Assembly (NCBI GenBank): GCA_040772485.1
Contig: JAXGYC010000007.1
Span: 160,001-224,000, forward strand
DNA length: 64,000 nt
From: Sedimentisphaerales bacterium
Lineage (GTDB): Bacteria > Planctomycetota > Phycisphaerae > Sedimentisphaerales > Anaerobacaceae
Direction: 5' to 3'
In this document: in pieces, positions 1 to 10,494 of the stretch
Layout of the letters: the number at the start of each line of letters is the position of its first letter
Position numbering within the stretch: the first letter of the stretch is position 1
Program-made: the position numbers and the translations under genes
The notes under the pieces: generated by a model
The model's database searches: none
Told to the model about the DNA's origin: nothing
What the model saw: only the letters and a program-made list of their open reading frames with translations

Positions 1-1648
1 TCGGAACCGCGCCTGCATTGACTCGATAGATCATGGAAACGGCGAGTCCCCGCAGCCGTTTCTTCAGCTCTACCGCGTGCGGAGCATACCGACGATTGAA
101 ACCAACTATCAGGTGCTGACCTTCGGTTCTGCTGTAGACCTGCTCGATCTCCTCAAGTTCATCAGGAGTAAGACAGAGAGGCTTTTCAACAAACACGTTC
201 TTTCTTGCCGAAAGTGCCTTCTTGACGTACTCCGCATGGCTGTCATGACGGGTCGCCACGAAGACCGTGTTGATGGCAGCGTTCTCAAAGATGTCCTTCG
301 GCTCAGACGTACAAAAGCCAAACCCGAATTTGCGCGCCACTCGTTTGGATGTTGTTCCTGAATTGGTCATAACCCCAGCCAGTGAAACATCGCCGCAATG
401 CCTCGGCAGATAAGGCAAGAGATTGCCCTGCGCATAGCTCCCGGCACCTACAAAAGCGATGCCGACCTTCGCCTCCGGTCTACTGGACCGGACATTCACG
501 CTCTCCCGCACCAATGGCTTCTCCACATCATACTTCAAGACGACACCGAGAAACGGCTCACAACGACTAACGATCATATCGTATGCCTGCGGTGCCTGCT
601 CCAGCATGAATTCATGAGTCGTCAGATACTCCAGGTTAATCCTGCCGCTGTGGAGAAGTTTCTGGAAGGCCTGCATGTTTCGTCTTTCCGTCCAGCGGAT
701 ATAGGCCGGTGGGTAATCATGCCCTTCTTCCTCATACATCGGATCATAGCGGCCAGGACCATAAGAACAGGACATCCTCAGTTCGAGTTCTTTCCTGTAC
801 CAGTGCGGTTCTCTATTGAAACCTGTCGGGACAGCCCCCACCACAACAACACGGCCTTTCTTCCGCGCGATCTCTCCTGCAAAATTAACCGGGTCGAGAC
901 TGCTTGTCCCGGCTGTGATGATCACGGCGTCAACACCCAATCCACCTGTGAGGTCTCGAATCTGGTCCGAGTCACCGGGGCCCGTGCGAACCAAGGCCGA
1001 GTCACAGCAGTGCCTTTGAGCAAGTTCAACCGCCCAACTATCAATGTCAACACCAAACGTTGTCACCCCACTGACACGGAGCATGAGGCATGTGAGCTGA
1101 CCGAGGAGACCAAGCCCGATCACTGCACAACTCTCCCCCAGCCGTAAATCCGCCTGGCGAATGCCCTGCAGAGCGATCGCACCAAGCGTGTTGTAGCTCG
1201 CCTGCTTCATATCCGCCTCTGGATAGAGCCCCACACAGAGATTCTCCGGCACGGACACAACTTCGGCATGGTTGGCATAGGCGCCTCCGGCGCACGCCAC
1301 CCTGTCGCCAAGTGCGAAGCCCCGTACAGCGCCATCCATGCCAATGACCTCGCCCGAACTGCTACAGCCCATCGGAGAATAAGCATCCAGCTTCCTCGTA
1401 ACCGCTCGATAGGTCTGTACTGGCCCCTGTTTCTTCAGCACGTCGAGAACCTGTTTGAGCTGCTGGGGTCGTTCTCGGGCCTTGCCGACCAGGTTCTTTC
1501 TGGCGGTCTTGGCCGTCGAACTCTCAGTGCCGGCACTAATAACGGAATAATGATTGCGAACAAGAAGCATCCCACGACCGATCTGCGGCCAAGGGACTTC
1601 TCGGACCCTGATTTGGCCCGATTTGAGTTGCTGTGTCAATTGTTCCAT
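1..1648 (-). CDS. Bi-domain oxidoreductase (Zn-binding dehydrogenase + Gfo/Idh/MocA), 3' end runs off the window
   Basis: Missing from the ORF track because there is no stop in the window. Manual translation gives start MEQLTQQLKSGQIRVREVPWP...RNHYSVISAGTE (ATG at 1648) and, near the edge, VFVATRHDSHAEYVKKALSARKNVFVEKPLCL...VGFNRRYAP, typical of this polysaccharide-locus family. Confidence 0.9.
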   Translation of the reverse strand, partial: MEQLTQQLKSGQIRVREVPWPQIGRGMLLVRNHYSVISAGTESSTAKTARKNLVGKARERPQQLKQVLDVLKKQGPVQTYRAVTRKLDAYSPMGCSSSGEVIGMDGAVRGFALGDRVACAGGAYANHAEVVSVPENLCVGLYPEADMKQASYNTLGAIALQGIRQADLRLGESCAVIGLGLLGQLTCLMLRVSGVTTFGVDIDSWAVELAQRHCCDSALVRTGPGDSDQIRDLTGGLGVDAVIITAGTSSLDPVNFAGEIARKKGRVVVVGAVPTGFNREPHWYRKELELRMSCSYGPGRYDPMYEEEGHDYPPAYIRWTERRNMQAFQKLLHSGRINLEYLTTHEFMLEQAPQAYDMIVSRCEPFLGVVLKYDVEKPLVRESVNVRSSRPEAKVGIAFVGAGSYAQGNLLPYLPRHCGDVSLAGVMTNSGTTSKRVARKFGFGFCTSEPKDIFENAAINTVFVATRHDSHAEYVKKALSARKNVFVEKPLCLTPDELEEIEQVYSRTEGQHLIVGFNRRYAPHAVELKKRLRGLAVSMIYRVNAGAVP

Positions 1649-1667
1649 AGGGATAATCGTACAGACT

Positions 1668-1750
1668 GGGGCACTCTAACAAAACCGTTTGAGTCGTCAC
1701 CAACAGATGAGCAAACACCCGATGATCACGAACGTTTCATGAATGTGTTA
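1668..1750 (-). mobile_element. Remnant of IS5-family transposase C-terminus and IS end
   Basis: Minus strand reads HIHETFVIIGCLLICW*RLKRFC*, matching the DIHEAFLxLGCxLICWRRL..FC* tail of IS5-family transposases. It has an internal TGA and no upstream continuation. Confidence 0.6.
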
Positions 1751-2064
1751 CGCTTGCTATGCCGCATACATGAGTATCCTGAGGATGTCCCATGGATAAT
1801 TGAAGGTTAGAGAAGTTACAGGTACTCCGGCCTGACCCTCTATACGCCCGCCGCCATCCACTGCGGCCGCGTCGAACACGTGCGTGAATCGCGTTAGGTG
1901 ACCCTCGGCTTCGCACAGCGCCGGCATCTTCACCGCTTCGTACGAAAATCACTCCAGGTCCCCTTGTCGCGGCCGGCCGTTTCGATCAGTCTACCAACGA
2001 ACGTGGAAAACCAAGCCATGATTCGAGCCCAGTCCAAAAAGAGCTGTCTGATGCGACTTGACAA

Positions 2065-3162
2065 CTACCGGCTACGCTCGTTGTACCCATCCTCTCGGCC
2101 TGATCGGGAGATGGCTGCATAGAACCCATCAAGAAATCTATCCATCGTACAGAGATTCACATAGGCCTCTCTCGCTGCCTGTCCCATCACAGTGATCAAA
2201 TCGGGGTTATCCATGAAGAGGCGCATCTTCTCAACGTAGTCCGCCGGCTCATTACAAAGGAACGAGTTCCTTTCGTTCAGGTAGTACGCTTCCGGGCCAT
2301 GATCCACATTGAGAGTCAAGATGGGTTTCCCCCAATACAACGATTCGACAATACCAAGCCCCATCGCACCCGGGATCGAGAAGACATCACAGGCAGAGAA
2401 GACCTCCGCCATTGCGGTGCGATCATACAATGGGCCCAGATAGTACACGTTGCCGCGTCCCAACAGTCGCGTCCCCGCTTGGCCATCCAGCCCGGGACCA
2501 ACAATCACAAGAGCCCATTCTGGATGAGTGTCGCCGAGTCTTTCGAAGCTGTCGAGCAACACATCCAACCTCTTTCGAGGCTGGATCCGCCCGCTGAACA
2601 GCACTATTCTCTGCTGCCTGATTCCCAGACTGCGCAGTATCTCCTCCTTGCTCCTCGCGATCAGCCTGTCCTTGCCCTGCATGTCCAGCGTGTTGTAGGC
2701 TACGCCTGCCTTCCTGCAATTCATCTTCCACAAAAACTTCTTTTCACTGGGTGTGTACAGGATCAGCCCGTCGAAGATCAAATGCAGAACGTTGCTTCCG
2801 AACAATTCAGTCACCGCGGTTCTCCTTGACAGGTTCAACCCGTGACCATAGTAAAAGGCCCTTCGGCCGGTTGCTCTGGCATAAAGAACAGACCCCACAT
2901 AGAAGCAGAGTCCCGGTTCTCTCCTCATAAGCGTGGTGACCACCAGATTGATGCGGTGCTCTCGCAACACCTTCTGGTAATTGCGAAACGTCATGGGGCG
3001 GTCTATCATGGTAAAGTCTACTTCCTCCTCCTGACGGTCAATGCTCGTAGGCCAGACGCACAGATGGTAGCCCTTCCCCCGGAGGAAGTCAGATAGCATG
3101 CTCAATACTGGCACCTTGTAGAAGAGGACTCTCGGGTATAACAGCAGCAAATTCATTATCAT
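2065..3162 (-). CDS. Glycosyltransferase family 4
   Basis: LFSGRIQPRKRLD, ACDVFSIPGAMGLGIVESLYWGKP (GT-B). ATG at 3162 overlaps the upstream stop (ATGA). Confidence 0.9.
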   Translation of the reverse strand: MIMNLLLLYPRVLFYKVPVLSMLSDFLRGKGYHLCVWPTSIDRQEEEVDFTMIDRPMTFRNYQKVLREHRINLVVTTLMRREPGLCFYVGSVLYARATGRRAFYYGHGLNLSRRTAVTELFGSNVLHLIFDGLILYTPSEKKFLWKMNCRKAGVAYNTLDMQGKDRLIARSKEEILRSLGIRQQRIVLFSGRIQPRKRLDVLLDSFERLGDTHPEWALVIVGPGLDGQAGTRLLGRGNVYYLGPLYDRTAMAEVFSACDVFSIPGAMGLGIVESLYWGKPILTLNVDHGPEAYYLNERNSFLCNEPADYVEKMRLFMDNPDLITVMGQAAREAYVNLCTMDRFLDGFYAAISRSGREDGYNERSR

Positions 3163-3716
3163 AGCAGATTGGCTGACGCCCATGCACTCGCGACATCCTC
3201 CAACACGTGCCTGTGGGCCCCGTCTTGCACGGTCTCCAAATGCTTCTTCAGTGTGCTAAGATCAAATCGACGTTTCATTGGTCGACAAGGCACCCCCACA
3301 CACACCGTATACGGCGGAAGATTGTGTGTCACTACGCTCCCGGCACCTACAACACACCCCTCAGAAATCTTTGCGCCCCGGAGGATGGTCACGTTCGCCC
3401 CTATCCAGACGTCATTCTCAATGATCACGCCGCCAATGGTCCTCTTCACACTGTTCTGGTACATCGTTACGCCAACAACGTCATACCGATGGTCATCGCA
3501 TTCAATCACGAGATTAGGGCCGATCAGAACATCGCTTCCAATCTTGAGGTCGCGTGCAGATATGAGAAAGTTCCTCGCAATAAAGATATTGCTCCCGAGT
3601 TGCACTTCCTCTGGACGAGTGATGAGCCCCCCTCTTGACATCACAATATTGCGACCATGGCTCTTGAATCTCATGAAGTAGTAAGAGTATCTGACTCGCG
3701 TGAAGAGCCTACCCAT
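3159..3716 (-). CDS. Hexapeptide-repeat O-acetyltransferase (LacA/WcaF-like)
   Basis: IIENDVWIGANVTILRGAKISEGCVVGAGSVVT...VGVP left-handed beta-helix motif. Confidence 0.92.
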   Translation of the reverse strand: MGRLFTRVRYSYYFMRFKSHGRNIVMSRGGLITRPEEVQLGSNIFIARNFLISARDLKIGSDVLIGPNLVIECDDHRYDVVGVTMYQNSVKRTIGGVIIENDVWIGANVTILRGAKISEGCVVGAGSVVTHNLPPYTVCVGVPCRPMKRRFDLSTLKKHLETVQDGAHRHVLEDVASAWASANLL

Positions 3717-3801
3717 ATACGTTACCCACTATCATCATCCCACATACAACACGCCCCCAAGCCGTTCGTTCCTTACTCCGCAGACGTCGTACAACAGTCT
3801 G

Positions 3802-5130
3802 TCACGAGCTCTGGTTGATATCCAATGAGACCGAGGGCTCCGCGCAATACGCCACGGAGACTTCAGTCGTCTCCCCTCGCACGGCCCCAGCCGCTGTGAC
3901 GATCACGAAAGACAGCAACAAACCGAACGGAGTAGTCGGCCACCAAGATGTGTTTTCAAACAGTCCCGAGAGACTGAAACCTATGTATGCCCAGAGCGCG
4001 AACTTGTAGTAGAGACTGCTCCGCGAGCCCACATAAAGCCTGTGGAAAACAGCCAGATACAACGAGGCGAAGAGTACCGCCCCAACAATCCCGAATTCAT
4101 AAAAGACGGATGCGTAGAAGCAATGAGACGAGTAGCCCGTTGCTCGATCAACGCTGCTCGATTCCTGAAAGGTTTCTATGGAACTCTTCATGAAACCGTG
4201 CCCAAATGCGTACTCCCGCATTCCTTCTTCGAGCATGATTCGCATTCCCACGACCCTGCCACCGTCGCCCGTCTCCACAAACCGATGCCGGAGCTTCCCC
4301 ATGTACCCTACACTGACTACAATGGCACCAACAGCAACGCACACCAGGATCGCGAGCAGACGACCCTTGGCCTGCCCGACGGACACCACGGCACCCACCA
4401 GAAACAGACACAACACCGCCATCCCACTACGAGACAGGGTCAGTAAGGTCAGAAGCAGGACCACGGCGCAAGAAAGCAGAAGCAGATCTGCGCGGAAGTC
4501 TTTGAGCGCGTAGCACCGGCAGAACAGGCCGACTAACAAAACAAGCAAGTTCCGTGGAAGCTCATTGATGCCGAATGGCCCACAGAGACGACCTGTGATC
4601 AAGCCCTCGTCCGGAAACAAGAAGACAAATAAAAGGACCGAACTGATATTGTAGAGGAGAAGCCAACCGAAACCAGGAAAAAGGTCTGAGAAGAACGTGT
4701 CACGGGCACCGCCACTGAAGTGCAGAAGGATAGCCCACCAAAGCCCACCGCTCACCACGAGAAGTGCTATATTTCTCGTATTATGGTACCATGCCAAGGT
4801 GCCGGCAGCATATAACAACACACACGCCATCAAAAAGGGGATGAGGAGACCACCGTGAGACCCCCGACTGCGTATTGATCGCACAAAGAGGAGAAACCCA
4901 AGCAACACAATTGCCGCGTTCCCCAAGAGTGCCATTCGGTCCGACCGAACAGACTTTACGAACTCGGCCAACCATAGGGAGAACCACAGAACACGATCTA
5001 CGGCGGACTTCTCGCGGCCTCTGAGCTCCGTGAATACGTAGATCATCCAGATCGCAACTGCCAGGGCGAGTACGATAACCTCACCTCGTGGCGTGATCGA
5101 GGTCATTCTGTCCCCGATACTCTTAAACAC
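3802..5130 (-). CDS. O-antigen polymerase/ligase family membrane protein (Wzy-like)
   Basis: Many TM segments, TLSRSG motif, periplasmic loop R...GHG...SHCFYASVFYEFGIVG. Start codon uncertain. Confidence 0.75.
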   Translation of the reverse strand: MFKSIGDRMTSITPRGEVIVLALAVAIWMIYVFTELRGREKSAVDRVLWFSLWLAEFVKSVRSDRMALLGNAAIVLLGFLLFVRSIRSRGSHGGLLIPFLMACVLLYAAGTLAWYHNTRNIALLVVSGGLWWAILLHFSGGARDTFFSDLFPGFGWLLLYNISSVLLFVFLFPDEGLITGRLCGPFGINELPRNLLVLLVGLFCRCYALKDFRADLLLLSCAVVLLLTLLTLSRSGMAVLCLFLVGAVVSVGQAKGRLLAILVCVAVGAIVVSVGYMGKLRHRFVETGDGGRVVGMRIMLEEGMREYAFGHGFMKSSIETFQESSSVDRATGYSSHCFYASVFYEFGIVGAVLFASLYLAVFHRLYVGSRSSLYYKFALWAYIGFSLSGLFENTSWWPTTPFGLLLSFVIVTAAGAVRGETTEVSVAYCAEPSVSLDINQSS

Positions 5131-5145
5131 ACAGGCTCCCGAAGT

Positions 5146-6168
5146 CTACCCGAACACAAGCGTATAACACCTGTCCGCCATACGGTACTGCCTCAGACCG
5201 TTCAGTACGATAATGGCACAGTATGTCGCCACTGTCACGAGGATGACGCAACAGGAGTAACGGAGCCACTCTGGCATGCCTGACTGGCCACCCAACACAA
5301 CCAACACCTTAACCAAAGCCATTTGAAACAGATATGCGAACAACGTATATCTTCCCACGATAGTGAGGTGACGAATGCCCCATCGCCACCGACCGAAGGA
5401 ACCAAGAAATACGTAGAACCAGAGCAGCGTCTCAACGGACCGTAAAGGCAGTTCGGCAACGTTAGGCAGCCGGAACCCGTGCCTCGACCGAATCACAACG
5501 TCCACAGCCACAGGAACCAGCAAAAGCACCCAAGCCCTGCGAAGAAACCGATCATATCTGCGCAAACCTCCCCCGCTGGCGGCAATCCCTACCATCATTC
5601 CCAATGCACCGCAAGCTAAGAAAAGGGGAGTATCTCCACCCATGACAATCCCGAGAAATATGGCCGCCGTCAGAAGTACGTGGGCTATCAGGTAGCACCG
5701 CGCAATGAGTGCCGCCAAACACAGGAACTCTGTGATGTACACTAGTACCTCAAAAGCGAAATAGTCGCCCGAGATCCCCACAACACAGCGTTCCAAACAC
5801 GATCGCCAGTTCGCTAGCACCACACTGATTTTGTCCCAACCGGGCCCCAACCCCGCCACATTCAGCGCCACGTTACATACCGTAAACAGGAAAGCCACTT
5901 TCACGGCTCGATTGAGCAGTCGTTTCACGACAGCCGCTCGGTTCTGCCTAACCCTTGGCCAGTAGTGGTACCCACACAGAAAACCGGTGATCTCCAGAAA
6001 CGCCGAATGAACAAAAGGAATGGCGTTTGTCACCCGCTCTAACTCAGGACCGCGCTCCGCACTGGCATTGTGATAGATAATCATGACTACGACCAAGCAT
6101 CCCTTGATCACATCCAGGTCCTGATTCCTGGGCTGATCGGAAATCGGTCGAAAGGCAAAAGACATCAT
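5146..6168 (-). CDS. Integral membrane acyltransferase-like protein (OpgC/acyltransferase-3-like)
   Basis: RNQDLDVIKG..VVMIIYH at the N-terminus, FLEITG, GRYTLFAYLFQ, about 10 hydrophobic segments. Confidence 0.65.
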   Translation of the reverse strand: MMSFAFRPISDQPRNQDLDVIKGCLVVVMIIYHNASAERGPELERVTNAIPFVHSAFLEITGFLCGYHYWPRVRQNRAAVVKRLLNRAVKVAFLFTVCNVALNVAGLGPGWDKISVVLANWRSCLERCVVGISGDYFAFEVLVYITEFLCLAALIARCYLIAHVLLTAAIFLGIVMGGDTPLFLACGALGMMVGIAASGGGLRRYDRFLRRAWVLLLVPVAVDVVIRSRHGFRLPNVAELPLRSVETLLWFYVFLGSFGRWRWGIRHLTIVGRYTLFAYLFQMALVKVLVVLGGQSGMPEWLRYSCCVILVTVATYCAIIVLNGLRQYRMADRCYTLVFG

Positions 6169-6452
6169 CGAAAAAGCAACTCAGACTCAGAACCTATCCG
6201 AACCACCAGGAATAGCGAAGCATGACTAACGCAAAGGCAGAGTCAAAGAGAACCAGACAATCCTCCACTTTCTCTTTCCCCTACGCTTGAATGCAACGGA
6301 ATGAAACTATACAGCCACGTCAACCCCATCGGCATACTGTTGGAAACACACTGCGACTGGCACTCTGCTTAGTCCGGCTCGAGGAATCGTGATCGGTTTG
6401 TGCCTCCATTCCGCAACCCACAGGTCACGACCCCATTCATGCATTCCCGGAA

Positions 6453-7238
6453 TCAGCCATACCGCCGGCCCGCATACGAGACGATGACAGCACGCAACTC
6501 AGATGGCAACCGGTCGCTTAGAGGAACCGCACGACTGGCTGAATCCACGACAACGCGGTCTGGACGATCCTGAACGGGGTGAATCATCACCTCGCACGAG
6601 GCAAGAGGGAATCTGTCGATATGCTCGATATGCCATAGGAAGTTAGCCAAGGACCCAAAATAACGTGTGCGTGCGAAGCCCCGGCTACGAATCTTCAGAT
6701 TAACGGCCCGGCGGTACAATCGCAACGACGCCGACGTCAGATCTCCACAGTTGACTGCCAGTCTTACATACGGGATGTTGTATGTTCCGGCCATATTGAG
6801 CACAATTGGCAATATAGGCCAGAGTTCATGAATGTGGTGATGGGAATCCATGTGCGTTATGGGTAACCCAGCAGCTCTAGCCTTATTGATTTGGGCCGCG
6901 AGTTCTCTCGCTATGGCGGTTCTTTCATCACGCTGTACGAAGAAGCGATTGGCCCGGGCACAAAACCGGCCCTGGCTGCTGCACAGACGTGTGCACCGCC
7001 TGATATCGGTAGTCAAGGGGACCCCTTCATCCAAGACGATATGCAGACCCACATGGTCCAAAAGCCTATGCTCTCGGGCGATTGCGCATGCCTCCTCAAA
7101 GGCAACTCCATTTGCCAATATCGACGTACTTGAACACAACGCATGTCGGAAGCAATACAGGATTGCCTCGTTGACTTCGTGACTCCTGCCAAAGTCATCG
7201 GCATTGACGATCAAAGTAGGGCCGTTCCTCACACTCAT
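6453..7238 (-). CDS. ChbG/HpnK (YdjC) family carbohydrate deacetylase
   Basis: LIVNADDFG, GLH, THMDSHHHIH, EVMIHP motifs. Confidence 0.92.
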   Translation of the reverse strand: MSVRNGPTLIVNADDFGRSHEVNEAILYCFRHALCSSTSILANGVAFEEACAIAREHRLLDHVGLHIVLDEGVPLTTDIRRCTRLCSSQGRFCARANRFFVQRDERTAIARELAAQINKARAAGLPITHMDSHHHIHELWPILPIVLNMAGTYNIPYVRLAVNCGDLTSASLRLYRRAVNLKIRSRGFARTRYFGSLANFLWHIEHIDRFPLASCEVMIHPVQDRPDRVVVDSASRAVPLSDRLPSELRAVIVSYAGRRYG

Positions 7239-7267
7239 TGCACATCTGCCGGTTCGCTATCTCAGGA

Positions 7268-8593
7268 CTACCCTATCACTTGCACGAACACAGGCTCGGT
7301 ATCCGGTGCACTCTGCTCGAGCGCCTGTAATTTGGACACCCAATACACATTGCACACCGCATGGGAACACAGAAGACCGACGGCGGCACCCTGTGGTCCC
7401 AGCATTCGAGTTCCTGCAACACCCACAGTCAGAGTAGCTACAGCCCCCACAAAACGTCCGATGAACGTTAAATCGGTTCGTCTCACAGCCTCAAACGCGA
7501 TGCTGAACGGAGCACCGAGAACGTACATGCCCGTAGCCAGAACACACGTTACCAGAATCCACCTCGTCCCACCATACCCAGGACCATACAGATGAACCAT
7601 TGCCCAGTCGCCCCAAATCAGAGCGGCTGTGACGAGCATGACAATTGGCAGCGACAGCCCAGCCACCATAGTGAAAACCATGCTCCTGAGTCGTCGAGGA
7701 TTGTCGGTAGCGACGCGTGCGGTTCTGGGACGCAGATAGCTGCTCAACCCCATGAACAGTGGGTTGAGCAGCAAAGCCAACTGGAGGCAAGCGCCGTAAA
7801 CACCAACTTGGGTGGTTCCGTCGAACGCGGCGAGGGCGAAAGGATATGTAGACACCGCCACCACGTACGCAAGCGTGCGAGCTAGGAGCCATTTGCCAAG
7901 GTCCCAGTTAGAGACGCAATCCCGGCGAATCTGATTTGCCATGAAGCGGGGCTGTCTCCAGTAGAGAAGACTGACAATAACAGCCGGTATCCCTGAGCAA
8001 CACGTAATGATCAGAAAGGCCCCCGATGCACTAAGAGTGCAGTTGTGCTGGGTCCATGAGAGAGCCCCAATCGTCAACACATTGGCCGCAAGACCCATGG
8101 CCAGGCAGGTCCAGACTCGAAGCTCAGCAAGCAGGACAAACCGGAGGAACTCTCGAATCATGAGCGCCAATGATGCTGCACAGAGCGCGAACACAATTCT
8201 GGCAAGAGCAACATTCTCACCCAAGGCACTGGTCACGCGCGAGCCAACCACGAAACCGATTAAGACAACAAAGCAGATAGATAGTTGGAGAACCACGTTG
8301 CTCCCAAGACACGCATTTCGCCCTTCCTTTCCGTAGCGGGGATACTGAACGGTGTACGGAACAGAGACAAGGCTCTCTTGAATTCCGATGATAAACCGAA
8401 TTAGGGACAATCCCATGACGAATACACCGTACTCAGCCCGGGTACAGGATCGCGCAATCAAGACGCCGACAAGGAAACTGGCAATACTCGTGAAGCCTTG
8501 GTCCGCAATAACGATGCAGGCCTGAGCCATGTTCTTCCCGACAAGGCGGCGAGACATCATTCGAAAGACATCAGTACTGACGAGAGGCTTCAT
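7268..8593 (-). CDS. wzx: Oligosaccharide flippase (Wzx-like)
   Basis: ADQGFTSIASF...IAR...EYG N-terminus, 12 or more TM segments, LYGPGY motif, located in a polysaccharide locus. Confidence 0.8.
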   Translation of the reverse strand: MKPLVSTDVFRMMSRRLVGKNMAQACIVIADQGFTSIASFLVGVLIARSCTRAEYGVFVMGLSLIRFIIGIQESLVSVPYTVQYPRYGKEGRNACLGSNVVLQLSICFVVLIGFVVGSRVTSALGENVALARIVFALCAASLALMIREFLRFVLLAELRVWTCLAMGLAANVLTIGALSWTQHNCTLSASGAFLIITCCSGIPAVIVSLLYWRQPRFMANQIRRDCVSNWDLGKWLLARTLAYVVAVSTYPFALAAFDGTTQVGVYGACLQLALLLNPLFMGLSSYLRPRTARVATDNPRRLRSMVFTMVAGLSLPIVMLVTAALIWGDWAMVHLYGPGYGGTRWILVTCVLATGMYVLGAPFSIAFEAVRRTDLTFIGRFVGAVATLTVGVAGTRMLGPQGAAVGLLCSHAVCNVYWVSKLQALEQSAPDTEPVFVQVIG

Positions 8594-8604
8594 ATATCAC
8601 AGGA

Positions 8605-10494
8605 TCACTGTCCATATCCCCTCAACGGATGCGGGTACTCGAATGGTTCATAGCTAGGCCTCGGCTCGACAAAATAATCGCGGCCAAGCTCAATAAATTC
8701 GAGCGATCTGTCGTATGACTGCACTTCAGGCACAGTGGACTTATCCCCATCAAGATTGTCCCATATCCAAAGATCATGCACCTGATCCAACCAAGGATAA
8801 TCCCCCCTGAGTTCCTCAGGCGTACCGAACTCAAGCACCAGCCCAATGGGCATGCGGTAGCCCTCAACAACATTGGAGAAGATAACTCCGCTACCGCCAC
8901 GTATAAGCATGCCTAGATCCCCCCCGCTGGTGGGATTCCTGATGACATTGTAATACACCTCAATGCAGCGCGTGCCACGTTCCGAACCATAGCCAGGGCC
9001 ATGCGCATCTACAGCGCTTGAGATTACATTCTCTTCGACCAGATTGTGGCGAAACACATAATGCGCCCCGCGGTTTGCCGCAATGGCGTGACGAGAGCCC
9101 ACAATAGTACAATCCTCAACATATGTTCCGTTTGCCGTGCCGAGTTCCAGCACGTTATCTTGCTGCTCCATTCCGTACACAGATACACCGTAGCCCACAT
9201 TCCCTATCGCCGGTTTGTAGTTGTCGACGAACAGGCAGCGATCAACAACCCCACATGAATCCCCCGACACCTTGATGGCAGCATCGCCAAAGCCCTGGAA
9301 ATAACAGGAGTCGATACGGAAATCGGTACAGTCCTCAATCCATATCCCCCTATCCCATCCCCGATCATCATCGGACGGCATCCCCAAGAGCGTCATACCA
9401 CTGATTCGCGTAGACTTTGGCCGATGTGTGCCAATGACACGAAGAATTGGATCGCTTGAATTGTGCGAACGCATGCCATTCCGGTAAAGTATGGTCTTCC
9501 CGAGGCCCGCTCCTAAAACGTCGAGACCCTCTGGAATGTCTATGATTCCCGCCACTTCGTAACATCCCTCTGGAAGGTGAACAGAACCTTCTAATTCGGC
9601 CTCACAAATCATGTTCTGTATCACTAACGCGTCCTCAGGGATTGCGACCCGGACCCCGGCAAGGACACAATCCTGAAGGACCCGCGCAACGCTATCGGGC
9701 CTCTGCGGTGCCTGCGTCTCGTAGAGTTGTTCAATCTCTCGTGGGGTCAGTAACCTTCGGTAGATCATGATATCGTCTACGTAGCCATCCAGGGTCATTC
9801 CCTCCGGATATCCACCAATCCAGACAGGCATTTGACTTGTACCCAGTACACTATCGACGCTCTTCGTATGCACCAAAACGGCGTCGAGGTAGAGTCTCAT
9901 CTTGTCGCGTCCGTATGCACCGACCAAGTGGTGCCACGTGTTCTGCCGCGGACATACTATGGAAGTGCTATGCCAGAGCCTGGCATCCTGTGAGTCGCTA
10001 TCGAACAATAGGAATCTGAACGCTTGCTCGGATGACATGTCCAAGGCGTAGAGAACAGATGGATCATTCGTATCCTGCATGAGCTTGACAACTATCGTTG
10101 AACCGTCTGGGGGGATACAGTTCAACTTCACCCATGCTGAAAGCGTGATGTCAGGACCGGTATCCAGCGAAGGGACATGGGCGATCTCAACATAGTCATT
10201 GTCACCATCCAGACTGAGCACGTTTCCCTTTTCTGCTTCTTCTATGATTTGTGCGTCACCATGGAAGACCCCTTCGCTTGATCCAACCTCGTCTGCCAAA
10301 TTGCCCTCGAACCTCCACCACGCCACATAGTCGCAGGGCGCGCCAATCGGCTGACCTGCCGTAATGTTCGCGTTGAACGCATGGATGGTGCTGGTTGTGC
10401 CGGCGAGGGCATCATACCGCGGCAGGCATATCGTGCCGAGGAAAGCATAGGTGAACACGTGAATCACACACCGAGTCTGCGAATTGCGGAGCAT
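8605..10494 (-). CDS. Secreted LamG-like domain + right-handed parallel beta-helix protein
   Basis: AWWRFEG...LSLDGDNDYVE...TLSAWVK...WHHLVGAY...GYVDDIMIYRRLLT (LamG), followed by VHLPEGCY..GAGLGKT and beta-helix repeats. Start moved to ATG 10494 (GGAG RBS, signal-like N-terminus); the ORF is open to 10695. Confidence 0.75.
   Translation of the reverse strand: MLRNSQTRCVIHVFTYAFLGTICLPRYDALAGTTSTIHAFNANITAGQPIGAPCDYVAWWRFEGNLADEVGSSEGVFHGDAQIIEEAEKGNVLSLDGDNDYVEIAHVPSLDTGPDITLSAWVKLNCIPPDGSTIVVKLMQDTNDPSVLYALDMSSEQAFRFLLFDSDSQDARLWHSTSIVCPRQNTWHHLVGAYGRDKMRLYLDAVLVHTKSVDSVLGTSQMPVWIGGYPEGMTLDGYVDDIMIYRRLLTPREIEQLYETQAPQRPDSVARVLQDCVLAGVRVAIPEDALVIQNMICEAELEGSVHLPEGCYEVAGIIDIPEGLDVLGAGLGKTILYRNGMRSHNSSDPILRVIGTHRPKSTRISGMTLLGMPSDDDRGWDRGIWIEDCTDFRIDSCYFQGFGDAAIKVSGDSCGVVDRCLFVDNYKPAIGNVGYGVSVYGMEQQDNVLELGTANGTYVEDCTIVGSRHAIAANRGAHYVFRHNLVEENVISSAVDAHGPGYGSERGTRCIEVYYNVIRNPTSGGDLGMLIRGGSGVIFSNVVEGYRMPIGLVLEFGTPEELRGDYPWLDQVHDLWIWDNLDGDKSTVPEVQSYDRSLEFIELGRDYFVEPRPSYEPFEYPHPLRGYGQ

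Noticed and set aside
77..1810. Plus-strand ORFs 77-361, 398-1147 and 1268-1810
   Set aside because: Antisense shadows of the minus-strand oxidoreductase, which carries the recognisable motifs.
1810..2064. Possible pseudogene fragment between GT4 and the IS scar
   Set aside because: No reading frame gave a recognisable motif.
8891..8898. ops-like GGCGGTAG on the minus strand
   Set aside because: It lies inside a coding sequence (RGGSG), not in a leader, and is likely chance.
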